Assembly (NCBI GenBank): GCA_025454755.1 | Contig: JALONV010000004.1 | Location: forward strand, 2,594 to 66,593 | Reading direction: 5' to 3' | DNA: 64,000 nt | DNA from: Bacteroidales bacterium | GTDB lineage: Bacteria; Bacteroidota; Bacteroidia; Bacteroidales; VadinHA17 | Shown: piece after piece, positions 16,911-25,659 of the stretch | Position numbering within the stretch: the stretch's first letter is position 1 | Layout: each line of letters starts with the position of its first letter | Translations under genes and position numbers: made by a program | Notes under the pieces: model-generated | What the model saw: the letters and a program-made list of their open reading frames with translations, nothing else | Databases searched by the model: none | Told to the model about the DNA's origin: nothing

Positions 16911-17055
16911 GTCAATAATTTGAATTTATTACCCAATTGCTTTTTAACGAACCGGTTAAATATAGAAATACATTCCATAACTGAAATGTTAACCAGGTAT
17001 TATTTTAATAACAATTTATACATTTCCTAAATATAAAGACATTTAAAAATTAAGA

Positions 17056-17166
17056 ACTTACACAGAGGAAAGCAGGAGAAGCACAGAGTTAAACAGAGAA
17101 AGGCCTCTGTGGCTCTCTGTGTAAGTCTGAGTGAAGCGAAGACCTCTGTGTAACCCTGTGTAAGTT
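17056..17166. repeat. Intergenic hairpin element of the cacagag/ctctgtg type
   Basis: Perfect 11-bp terminal inverted repeat aacttacacag / ctgtgtaagtt, with internal cacagag...cctctgt repeats. Confidence 0.7.
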
Positions 17167-17361
17167 TTTCAATATTTTTCATAGGGTAATGTTTCCCATA
17201 AGGGTCTTATTATTGTCTAAGGTTAGTAATTCTTACTACGGTTCAGGTCGGTTTGCAGCCATGCAAAGATCCAAACAGGACAATCATCATAGTTGTCCTG
17301 TTTCTTTTTATTATAACTTTGAGTTGTCTGTATTACATGGATAAACTTTTAAATTATCAGA

Positions 17362-18276
17362 GTGAAACACCTGTGGCTTATTTTGGTTTTATTTCCTGTC
17401 CTGGCTTCGTCTCAGGAGGTTAAGGTCAGGCGGATTGAAAAACTGACAGGATCTGAAAAAGGAGAACTTACTCTGTCCGGAATATCTCCTGATGGCAAAT
17501 ATATACTTGTCTCTTCTGCTGATTTCATAGGACTCAGGATCCTGGATCTGAAAAAGAAGACGATCACAGAAATCGCAAGTGATCCCGGATCAGGATATGA
17601 ACCAGTTTTTTCACCTGACGGCAGGAAAATATTTTTCAGGTCGGATGAGTACAGAAATTACAGAAAATATTCATCCATGATTGAATACGATCTGTCAACG
17701 GGTAAAACAAAACCTATCGAACCTCCATCCAGGGTTCTGGTATCTCCTGCTGTCTCAGGAGATATTATCTCATATGTTGTCGAAGGAAAAAGAAAGGCAA
17801 TTGATATGGAGACCAGTGATATTGCAAAAGGGGATAACGGTACTTTTCTGCTGCTTGAAGACCTTGTTCCGGTGCTCTATTCCGATGGTAAACGCAAAGA
17901 AGTGAAACCTAACGGGGAAGGAAATTATATATGGGCTTCTTTATCTCCTGACCGGACAAAGATACTCTATAATTATCGTGGGACATGTACGTTCATATCT
18001 GATACAGCGGGAAATATTTTGCAGGAAACAGGCAGACTGAATGCTCCGAAGTGGATCAACGATAATCTTATTGCCGGGATGAATGACGAGGATGACGGCA
18101 CCAGGATCCTTCGGTCCGATATTATGTGTTATTCAATGAAAACCAAAATGTTATACAATCTTACCAGAACTGAGGACGTCGCTGAGATGTATCCTTACCC
18201 GTTTGCAGGTAAAAACAGGATTGCATGTCAGACTTTGAACGGCGAATTGTATTTAATATATTTCAGGATTAAATAG
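17362..18276 (+). CDS. Exported TolB-like (PD40/WD40-like) beta-propeller repeat protein
   Basis: A signal peptide is followed by repeated SPDGKYILVSS, FSPDGRKIFFRSD and LSPDRTKILYN motifs. Confidence 0.7.
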   Translation: MKHLWLILVLFPVLASSQEVKVRRIEKLTGSEKGELTLSGISPDGKYILVSSADFIGLRILDLKKKTITEIASDPGSGYEPVFSPDGRKIFFRSDEYRNYRKYSSMIEYDLSTGKTKPIEPPSRVLVSPAVSGDIISYVVEGKRKAIDMETSDIAKGDNGTFLLLEDLVPVLYSDGKRKEVKPNGEGNYIWASLSPDRTKILYNYRGTCTFISDTAGNILQETGRLNAPKWINDNLIAGMNDEDDGTRILRSDIMCYSMKTKMLYNLTRTEDVAEMYPYPFAGKNRIACQTLNGELYLIYFRIK

Positions 18277-18277
18277 A

Positions 18278-20716
18278 ATGTCCAAGCGGCTGGTATATTT
18301 TATTCTGGCGTTGTTCTTGTATTTTACCGGGACGGTACAGCAATCTTTGTGTCAGACACCGGATTTTACGGATTACAGGTTTTTCATTAATCCCGGTCAT
18401 GGCGGATATGATTCAGATGATCGCCATATGATGGAGACCGATTTCTGGGAGTCAGAAGGCAACCTGGTAAAAGGCCTATTCCTTCGTCAGCTGATGGTAA
18501 ATCTCAAAGCTACAGTCTTTATGTCGCGCACGACAAATACGACTGCCGATGATCTGCCATTGTCATCCATTTCATCCATGGCAAATGCAGCCAATGCCGA
18601 TTTCTTCCTAGCCATCCACAGCAACGGCTATAATGGTACCCAGAATCAGCCTCTCATGCTCTTCAGGGGTTATGACGACCAGCCGGTTTATCCTGAATCA
18701 AAGGTAATTGCAGGAATTATATGGGATAAGGTATATGAAAAGGGAAATTGCTGGACCAGTTCAACCAAATGGGTAAAGGGCGACTGGACTTTCTATCCTG
18801 ACTGGGGAACACAGGGTCTGGGAGTTCTCCGGGGTCTTACAATGCCGGGAGTCCTTTCTGAGGGATCTTTCCACGATTATATTCCTGAAGGATGGAGGCT
18901 AAGGAACATTGACTTCCTTCATCATGAGTCGTGGGCATTCGTGCGGGCTCTGACGCAGCATGAAAATGTAACTCCGGTGACACATGGATTGATTGCAGGG
19001 ATCGTCAGAGACACCATGAAAATACCCTCATGGTATTTCAAACCCGGAACCAGGGACCAGAGGCTCCCGATGAATGACGTGCAGGTTACTCTCATTCCGG
19101 GTAACAGGAAATACAGGGTTGATAACCTGAACAACGGATTCTTTATGTTTGATTCGGTTGCACCAGGGCCGTATAAAGTCATTTTCGATGGTATTGAAAA
19201 TTTCATGAAAGATTCCCTCGAGGTCAATGTTATTGGTAACAAAACAACTCTGGCGGATATCTGGCTTCAATTTGACACTGCTATAGTCCCTCAGGTCCTC
19301 AGTGTATCACCAGTGATTACAGATAGTGTTGTCTTCAACCAGGAATTTACTTTTACATTCAGTCTCCCGATGAACAGGGATTCTGTGCAAAAAGCTATCG
19401 GGTTCAGTCCCGCCGTTCAGATGAGCTATAAGTGGGATGAAATGAGCACAGTATTGAAAGTGAGGCCTTCTGTACAGTACCTGCCAAAAACGAACTATTG
19501 TGTAAATATCTCTACAGTAGCATGTTCGAAGTGGAAAGTTGACATTGCATCAGCATATAATTTCAGTTTTATCACTAAAAACCGGACACGCCTTGTTCTG
19601 AAAAAGTATTTTCCTGCCAGCGGAAAAACAGGTATTTCAATTTACCCGCAGATAAGGTTGATCTTTGACGCACCTCTGAACGAATCGCAGCTTACAGGTA
19701 AAATACTTCTTAAAGATGAATCCGGTCAGGTCTTGAACAGGATACGTGAGATATATACTGTAAAGGATGGCATGGGGCATTTTTATTTTGAACCTTCAGC
19801 TCAGTTGTCTCTTAACAAAACGTATAAGGTCGCGCTGGATCAGAATCTCGCCGACATAGGGGGAAACGAACTTGGTAAAACCACCGAAATAAGCTTTACA
19901 ACCAGGAGTGATCCATATCTGCCCGGTACATTAATTGAATCTTTTGATAATATTGCGGCATTCTGGGATCCTGAAGCTAGCGGAAGCACGGTCGGCACTG
20001 ACAATTCCCTGACAACTTTCACTTCCTCAAATCTGATGAAGCGTGAAGGAACATCTTCAGGAATGCTTGATTATGTATTTGTCAATCTGTCGGGAGGAGT
20101 CTGCCGCACCTTCGATACCAGAAAACCGCTGATCGATCAAGGCGATGCAAAGTCCTTTGGCATGTGGGTTTTCGGCGACCTGAGCTACAATGCCCTGGAA
20201 TACTGGTTCTACCTTTCGGGGAGTACCAATTATATTGTACCGGTCGATACCATTGACTGGGCCGGCTGGGAACTTAAAACCATCCCTGTGTCCGCAATTC
20301 CGGTGAACACTGACTTTAATTTTCACAGTATTGTTATCAGGCAAACCTCTGAGGGTGAAAAAACAGGAACAATGTGGTTTGATGAAGCGCTCATATCTTC
20401 TATTACAGCTATTGAAGAAAATCCGAAACCTGACGATTATCCTGACCTGAGAATATATCCAAATCCATTTTCAAAAACGGATAATATATGTGTGACACTT
20501 AAAGAAAGTTCAGAGATAAGTTTGAGTGTCGTGTCAATGACGGGAACAATGATTGAATCACTTGCATCGGATGTTTATCCACCGGGTGAATATAAATTCA
20601 TCTGGACTCCCGGACCTCAGGTGAGCAGCGGGATATATCTAATAAGGCTGGAAGTCAGGAAATCCGGGTTTTTCATGCCAGTAGTAATTACAGAAAGGTG
20701 TGTATTAATAAGGTGA
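18278..20716 (+). CDS. N-acetylmuramoyl-L-alanine amidase (Amidase_3) with Ig-like (SbsA-type) domains and a T9SS type A C-terminal sorting domain
   Basis: Amidase_3 motifs: INPGHGG, ADFFLAIHSNG, GVLSEGSFHD. The central region has SP...FTFSLPMNRDS-type Ig-like repeats. The C-terminus, RIYPNPFSKTDNICVTL...SGIYLIRLEV, is the T9SS CTD pattern. Confidence 0.8.
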   Translation: MSKRLVYFILALFLYFTGTVQQSLCQTPDFTDYRFFINPGHGGYDSDDRHMMETDFWESEGNLVKGLFLRQLMVNLKATVFMSRTTNTTADDLPLSSISSMANAANADFFLAIHSNGYNGTQNQPLMLFRGYDDQPVYPESKVIAGIIWDKVYEKGNCWTSSTKWVKGDWTFYPDWGTQGLGVLRGLTMPGVLSEGSFHDYIPEGWRLRNIDFLHHESWAFVRALTQHENVTPVTHGLIAGIVRDTMKIPSWYFKPGTRDQRLPMNDVQVTLIPGNRKYRVDNLNNGFFMFDSVAPGPYKVIFDGIENFMKDSLEVNVIGNKTTLADIWLQFDTAIVPQVLSVSPVITDSVVFNQEFTFTFSLPMNRDSVQKAIGFSPAVQMSYKWDEMSTVLKVRPSVQYLPKTNYCVNISTVACSKWKVDIASAYNFSFITKNRTRLVLKKYFPASGKTGISIYPQIRLIFDAPLNESQLTGKILLKDESGQVLNRIREIYTVKDGMGHFYFEPSAQLSLNKTYKVALDQNLADIGGNELGKTTEISFTTRSDPYLPGTLIESFDNIAAFWDPEASGSTVGTDNSLTTFTSSNLMKREGTSSGMLDYVFVNLSGGVCRTFDTRKPLIDQGDAKSFGMWVFGDLSYNALEYWFYLSGSTNYIVPVDTIDWAGWELKTIPVSAIPVNTDFNFHSIVIRQTSEGEKTGTMWFDEALISSITAIEENPKPDDYPDLRIYPNPFSKTDNICVTLKESSEISLSVVSMTGTMIESLASDVYPPGEYKFIWTPGPQVSSGIYLIRLEVRKSGFFMPVVITERCVLIR

Positions 20717-20728
20717 CTATTTCGAATA

Positions 20729-21292
20729 AAAAAGGGGCTGTCTAAAATGGCCTCTGTATCCCAGGTTTTAGATTAAATAATCCCACCACCTGCCTCCCGC
20801 TACCCTAAAGCTTCGAGGGACAACTTGTTCCGCAGCAGCGGAAGGCTCTCCCCTTAAAATTAAGTAGAGGGTAAATATCTATCCATTAAGCTATTACACC
20901 CCTTCCCTTACATTTAACTACCCTTTTTACACATCTTTTAATAAAACGCAGTTTATAGGTAGGAGATTCCTCTCTTCGCCTCCTGCGTCGGCTTCGCTCG
21001 GAATGACAGGAGGATTGTTGTTAATATGGGAAAGAGGCGGCGCGTTTTACAGTTATCTTTCTCTTTAATTGAATATTGTGCAAAACGCGCCGCCTCTTTC
21101 CTTAAATACCCTCAAGCAACCTGTCATTCCGAGCGAAGCGAGGAATCTCCTGAATATCAGTACTATATAATATTTGTGTATAAGGGGTAGATACATTTAA
21201 GGGAGGAGCTTGTCACGCTTCGGCGGGAGGACGGGGGATGGATCTTAGACATAAAAAAAGAAAGTGCCCCTTTTGAGACACCCCCTTTTTAA
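20729..21292. repeat. Large imperfect palindrome (~560 bp) filling a convergent intergenic region
   Basis: Nested inverted repeats surround a centre near 21065. Perfect 20-bp arms lie at 21029-21048 / 21082-21101. ggagattcctc...gcttcgctcggaatgacagg (20962-21010) pairs with cctgtcattccgagcgaagcgaggaatctcc (21120-21150). The outer arms are aaaaggggctgtct (20730s) and agacaccccctttt (21270s-80s). Confidence 0.8.
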
Positions 21293-21308
21293 TTATCCGA
21301 TATTCAGT

Positions 21309-24035
21309 TTATTTTCCGTATTTGATCGAAGCCTGGGCTGCTGCCAGCCTTGCAATCGGTACCCTGAAAGGTGAGCAGCTTACATAGGTGAGTCCGTTTT
21401 TGAAGCAGAACTCAACTGATGCAGGATCGCCTCCCTGTTCGCCGCAGATACCTATTTTAAGGTCCGGTCTTGTGGCTCTTCCCTTCTGAACTGACATGGT
21501 TATCAGCTGTCCGACGCCATCCTGATCGATCGTCTGGAACGGGTCTGCTGCCAGCATCTTCTTATCGAGATAATCATTGAGGAAACCTCCGATATCGTCG
21601 CGGCTGAAGCCGAATGTCATCTGTGTAAGGTCGTTTGTCCCGAATGAGAAGAACTCGGCACTCCTGGCCATTCGGTCGGCAAGGAGGGTAGCCCTCGGGA
21701 TCTCGATCATGGTGCCGTATTTGTAATCTATTTTGCTTACGCCAAACTTCTTGCAAACTTCTGAATAGACCTTATCAACAACTTTCTTGGTGACGTCGAG
21801 TTCGGAAACATCGCAGGTAACAGGAACCATCAGCTCAGGATGAGGATTCTTACCTTCCTTTATAAGTTCCATGGTGGCTTCAAACATTGCCCTGACCTGC
21901 ATCTCGGTAACTTCAGGATAAGTAATTCCCAGACGAACCCCGCGGTGGCCCATCATCGGGTTGGATTCGTGAAGAGCATCACCGCGTTTTGCAATGTCTT
22001 CTATCCTGATACCCAGGGCTTTTGCAAGTTCTTCCTGCTTGTCAGCTCCCTGTGGCACGAATTCATGAAGAGGCGGATCGAGGAGCCTGAAAGTAACTGG
22101 CAGCTCATTCATAGCCTCCAGTGTAGCCTTCATATCCTTTTTGACAAAGCCGGACAGCTCGTCAAGAGCCTTGCGGCGCTCAGCCTCATTTGCGCTGAGG
22201 ATCATCTTGCGGAGGAGGAAGAGAGGCTGTTCGGAACCTTTGCCGTAAAACATGTGCTCGGTGCGGAAGAGTCCGATGCCTTCAGCACCGAATTCCCGTG
22301 CTATTTTTGCATCAGCAGGAGTATCTGCGTTTGTGCGCACACCCATCTTGCGATGTTTGTCGACGATCGTCATGAAGGCTTTAAACCTGGGATTCTCAGT
22401 AGCATCCATGAGAGATATTGCGCCTGTATATACATTTCCTTTTGTTCCGTTAAGAGTAAGGATATCACCTTCTTTGATTATGATGCTTGATCCGCTTATC
22501 CTTGCAGTTTTTGAAGCTGCATCAACATGAAGTGCACCGGCACCGACAATACAACACTTACCCCAGCCGCGTGCAACAAGAGCAGCATGTGAGGTCATAC
22601 CTCCACGGGCGGTAAGAATACCTTCAGCGGCGCGCATTCCTTCAACATCCTCAGGGTTAGTCTCTTCACGGAGAAGGATGACTTGTTCACCCTTGCGGAA
22701 CCATGCTACTGCATCTTCTGCATTGAAAACGACTTTACCAACAGCTGCTCCGGGGCCGGCCGGCAGACCTTTAACAACAGGTTTAACCTTCTGTTCTGCC
22801 TTAGGATCGCAGATTGGATGAAGCAGTTCGTCAAGCTGTGCCGGATCAACACGAAGAACAACAGTTTTTTCATCGATCAGTTTTTCACCGAGCATGTCCA
22901 TTGCCATATTGAGAGCGGCAGTACCGGTTCTCTTTCCAGCGCGGCATTGCAGCATGTAAAGAACACCTTCCTGAATAGTGAATTCAATATCAAGCATATC
23001 GTGGAATGATTTCTCAAGGATCTCGCGGATATTGCTTAATTCCTTATAAGTGCCGGGCATGGCTTCCTGCATGCTGTGAAGGTGCTTGTTCTGCTCATTT
23101 TTAGTTTCGTCGTTAAGCGGGCTCGGTGTGCGAATACCGGCAACAACATCTTCACCCTGGGCATTCACCAGCCATTCACCATAGAAGAGGTTATCACCGG
23201 TTGCAGGGTTACGTGTGAATGCAACGCCGGTGGCTGAAGTATCGCCCATATTTCCGAATACCATTGCCTGAACGTTTACAGCTGTTCCCCAGTCATCAGG
23301 AATACCTTCGATCCGACGGTAGGAGACAGCTTTCTTTCCGTTCCAGCTCTTAAAAACAGCCTTGATACTTCCTTCAAGCTGTTCCTTTGCATCATCAGGG
23401 AAAGGTTTTCCAAGAACCTCTTTTACTTTTTTCTTGAAATCTTCAGCCAGTTGCTTTAGCTCGTCTGCTGAGATCTCTGTATCAGATTTATATCCTTTTG
23501 TGTGTTTGAATGCATCAAGCATTTCGTCGAGCTGCTTACGGATACCTTTTCCTTCACCAAGGTCTATACCTTCAGCTTTCTCCATAACCACGTCGGCATA
23601 CATCATTATAAGACGGCGGTATGAGTCCCATACGAAGCGCGGATTGTTTGTCTTCTTGAGAAAACCCGGTATTGTTGCAGAACAAAGACCTATATTGAGG
23701 ACTGTATCCATCATTCCTGGCATCGATTTGCGGGCGCCGGAGCGGCATGATACGAGAAGGGCGTTTACGGGATCGCCATACTTCATATTCATTGCTTCTT
23801 CAGTCTGTTTCATTGCTGCCCATACTTCCGGCATAAGATCAGGATGCAGTGTACAGTTGTTATCGTAATATTCTGTGCAGGCTTCAGTAGTGATGGTAAA
23901 ACCTGCAGGAACAGGCAGTCCCAGAAGGCACATTTCGGCGAGGTTTGCACCTTTGCCGCCCAGAAGGTTCTTCATATCGGCCTTGCCATCTGCAGTTTTC
24001 TTTCCGAAGGAGTAAACTCTTTTAATTTTTGACAT
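21309..24035 (-). CDS. ppdK: Pyruvate, phosphate dikinase
   Basis: A 908-aa protein with LLGGKGANLAEM, the GGMTSHAALVARG phospho-histidine motif and the C-terminal PEP-utilising motif GICGE. Confidence 0.95.
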   Translation of the reverse strand: MSKIKRVYSFGKKTADGKADMKNLLGGKGANLAEMCLLGLPVPAGFTITTEACTEYYDNNCTLHPDLMPEVWAAMKQTEEAMNMKYGDPVNALLVSCRSGARKSMPGMMDTVLNIGLCSATIPGFLKKTNNPRFVWDSYRRLIMMYADVVMEKAEGIDLGEGKGIRKQLDEMLDAFKHTKGYKSDTEISADELKQLAEDFKKKVKEVLGKPFPDDAKEQLEGSIKAVFKSWNGKKAVSYRRIEGIPDDWGTAVNVQAMVFGNMGDTSATGVAFTRNPATGDNLFYGEWLVNAQGEDVVAGIRTPSPLNDETKNEQNKHLHSMQEAMPGTYKELSNIREILEKSFHDMLDIEFTIQEGVLYMLQCRAGKRTGTAALNMAMDMLGEKLIDEKTVVLRVDPAQLDELLHPICDPKAEQKVKPVVKGLPAGPGAAVGKVVFNAEDAVAWFRKGEQVILLREETNPEDVEGMRAAEGILTARGGMTSHAALVARGWGKCCIVGAGALHVDAASKTARISGSSIIIKEGDILTLNGTKGNVYTGAISLMDATENPRFKAFMTIVDKHRKMGVRTNADTPADAKIAREFGAEGIGLFRTEHMFYGKGSEQPLFLLRKMILSANEAERRKALDELSGFVKKDMKATLEAMNELPVTFRLLDPPLHEFVPQGADKQEELAKALGIRIEDIAKRGDALHESNPMMGHRGVRLGITYPEVTEMQVRAMFEATMELIKEGKNPHPELMVPVTCDVSELDVTKKVVDKVYSEVCKKFGVSKIDYKYGTMIEIPRATLLADRMARSAEFFSFGTNDLTQMTFGFSRDDIGGFLNDYLDKKMLAADPFQTIDQDGVGQLITMSVQKGRATRPDLKIGICGEQGGDPASVEFCFKNGLTYVSCSPFRVPIARLAAAQASIKYGK

Positions 24036-24134
24036 AATGTTATGGTTTTGAAATAATTAATTATAAATTTTTGCGAAATAGGTCGCAAAGTTAATATTTA
24101 AAATTGAATTTTGAAATGAGAAAGTGCTCGGGAA

Positions 24135-25034
24135 TCAAGCACGCGGATGAAACATAATGAGGGTATCGCGGAGAAAGCTTCTGTCGATATGTGTATATAT
24201 TTCAGTGGTGAGTATCGATTCATGGCCCAGCATTTCCTGCACGGCCCTCAGGTCAGCTCCCCCCTCAACGAGATGTGTGGCAAATGAGTGACGGAAAGTA
24301 TGAGGACTGATCTTCTTCCTTATGCCAGCCTTTGCAGCAAGATCTTTTATTATTGTAAAGATCATGGCCCTGGTGAGTTTCCTTCCTCTTCTGTTCAGGA
24401 ACATGACATTCTGGTCATAGATTACCGGGAGCCTGTTCCTGTGAGGTTTGTAATTGTCAATCTCTCTCAGTGCCTTATTGCTGATGGGAACCAGTCTCTG
24501 CTTGTTACCCTTGCCCGTTACCGTTACAAACCCTTCTCCAAAGTGGATGTCGGTAATCCGGAGGTTCACCAGCTCCGATACCCTCAGCCCGCAGCCGTAC
24601 AGCGTTTCTATTATTGCCTTGTTCCGGTGTCCTTCAGGCTTGCTGAGATCAATTTGCGTGATCATGCTGTCGATCTCGCTTACCGAAAGGACTTCAGGCA
24701 GTTTCAAACCTGTCTTTGGAGATTCGATGAGTGATGCGGGATTTTTATCTATTTCTCCATCGATAAGAAGAAATTTATAGAATGCCCTGATGCCCGAAAT
24801 TATCCTGGATTGTGTTCTTGCATTCCGGTTTTCCAGTCTAAACCAGGCAATGAAATCCCTGAGATCCTGATAACTGACAGAAAGGGGAGATTTTTCTGTT
24901 CCCTTTTCGGCAAAGAACCTTTCAAGCTTGTGAACATCATCATTGTATGCTTCGATGCTGTTCTCCGACAGCGACTTCTCAAGACGGAGGTATGTCTCAA
25001 AATCCTTTATTGCCTGCTTCCAGGAAAGACTCAT
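24135..25034 (-). CDS. xerD: Tyrosine site-specific recombinase, XerD-like
   Basis: Starts at MSLSWKQAIKDFETYLRLEKSLSENSIEAY. Catalytic motifs: GLRVSEL, HTFRHSFATHLVEGGADLRAVQEMLGHESILTTEIYTH. The start is trimmed from the 391-aa track ORF, whose first 92 codons read through a repeat element. Confidence 0.8.
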   Translation of the reverse strand: MSLSWKQAIKDFETYLRLEKSLSENSIEAYNDDVHKLERFFAEKGTEKSPLSVSYQDLRDFIAWFRLENRNARTQSRIISGIRAFYKFLLIDGEIDKNPASLIESPKTGLKLPEVLSVSEIDSMITQIDLSKPEGHRNKAIIETLYGCGLRVSELVNLRITDIHFGEGFVTVTGKGNKQRLVPISNKALREIDNYKPHRNRLPVIYDQNVMFLNRRGRKLTRAMIFTIIKDLAAKAGIRKKISPHTFRHSFATHLVEGGADLRAVQEMLGHESILTTEIYTHIDRSFLRDTLIMFHPRA

Positions 25035-25049
25035 ATAACAATATTTTTG

Positions 25050-25124
25050 ACCCCCTTTCCCGTCCCGCCTAAGCGGGATGCTGACTAACTCCTGCCCCCC
25101 TGGGGGAAGGTTGGGAAGGGGGTA
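25050..25124. repeat. GC-rich hairpin element (cccgcctaagcggga ... ggttgggaaggggg)
   Basis: It shares the cccgcctNagcggga and ggttgggaagRgg blocks with 49271-49303. Confidence 0.65.
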
Positions 25125-25220
25125 TTCTTCCCTGCAAAGTAACACAAAGGTTCTGATCAAATTAAGTATAGTAACCATAAAAATTTTACCTATTTTTACC
25201 AGCTGTAATAAATTACTGAA

Positions 25221-25652
25221 ATGAGAATCAGCATCATTAACGGCCCAAATCTGAATCTTCTCGGAAAGAGGGAGCCGGATAAATACGGAAACCGGTCGTT
25301 TGAAGATCATCTGGAATCATTACGCGGGAGATACCCTGCTGTAATTTTCGATTATTTTCAATCAAATGTCGAAGGTGAGTTGATAAATGAGATCCACAAT
25401 AAAGGCTTTTCCTCAGATGGGATTATCCTCAATGCAGGCGGATATACTCATACCTCTGTTGCCATCGCTGATGCCATAGCCTCGGTAAAAACCCCGGTAA
25501 TTGAGGTACATATTACCAATATTGCAGCCCGTGAGGAGTTTCGCCACACAAGCTTGATTGCCTGTAATTGCAAAGGCTCTATTTCAGGTTTCGGGCTCGA
25601 CAGCTACAGGCTGGCAATTGAGGCAATACTTGCAAAACACGAAAACAAGTAA
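25221..25652 (+). CDS. aroQ: Type II 3-dehydroquinate dehydratase
   Basis: MRISIINGPNLNLLGKREPDKYG ... NAGGYTHTSVAIADA ... VIEVHITNIAAREEFRH. Confidence 0.92.
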   Translation: MRISIINGPNLNLLGKREPDKYGNRSFEDHLESLRGRYPAVIFDYFQSNVEGELINEIHNKGFSSDGIILNAGGYTHTSVAIADAIASVKTPVIEVHITNIAAREEFRHTSLIACNCKGSISGFGLDSYRLAIEAILAKHENK

Positions 25653-25659
25653 ACAAATA

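Noticed and set aside
21840-23868. Long antisense ORFs inside ppdK (21840-22490, 22683-23009, 23362-23868). Similar antisense or alternate-frame ORFs occur inside aroB (35412-36086), plsY (14658-15057), pckG, larB (47691-48149, 47969-48487), xerD and the histidine kinase.
   Set aside because: Each lies opposite, or in an alternate frame of, a gene with unmistakable conserved motifs, and their translations are low-complexity or Cys/Ser/Arg-biased. These are typical shadow ORFs.
24135-25310. A 391-aa tyrosine recombinase ORF as a mobile-element integrase
   Set aside because: The first 92 codons read through a GC-rich repeat element. The real protein (from 25034) is XerD-sized with XerD-like motifs. 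It sits among housekeeping genes with no flanking direct repeats or cargo.
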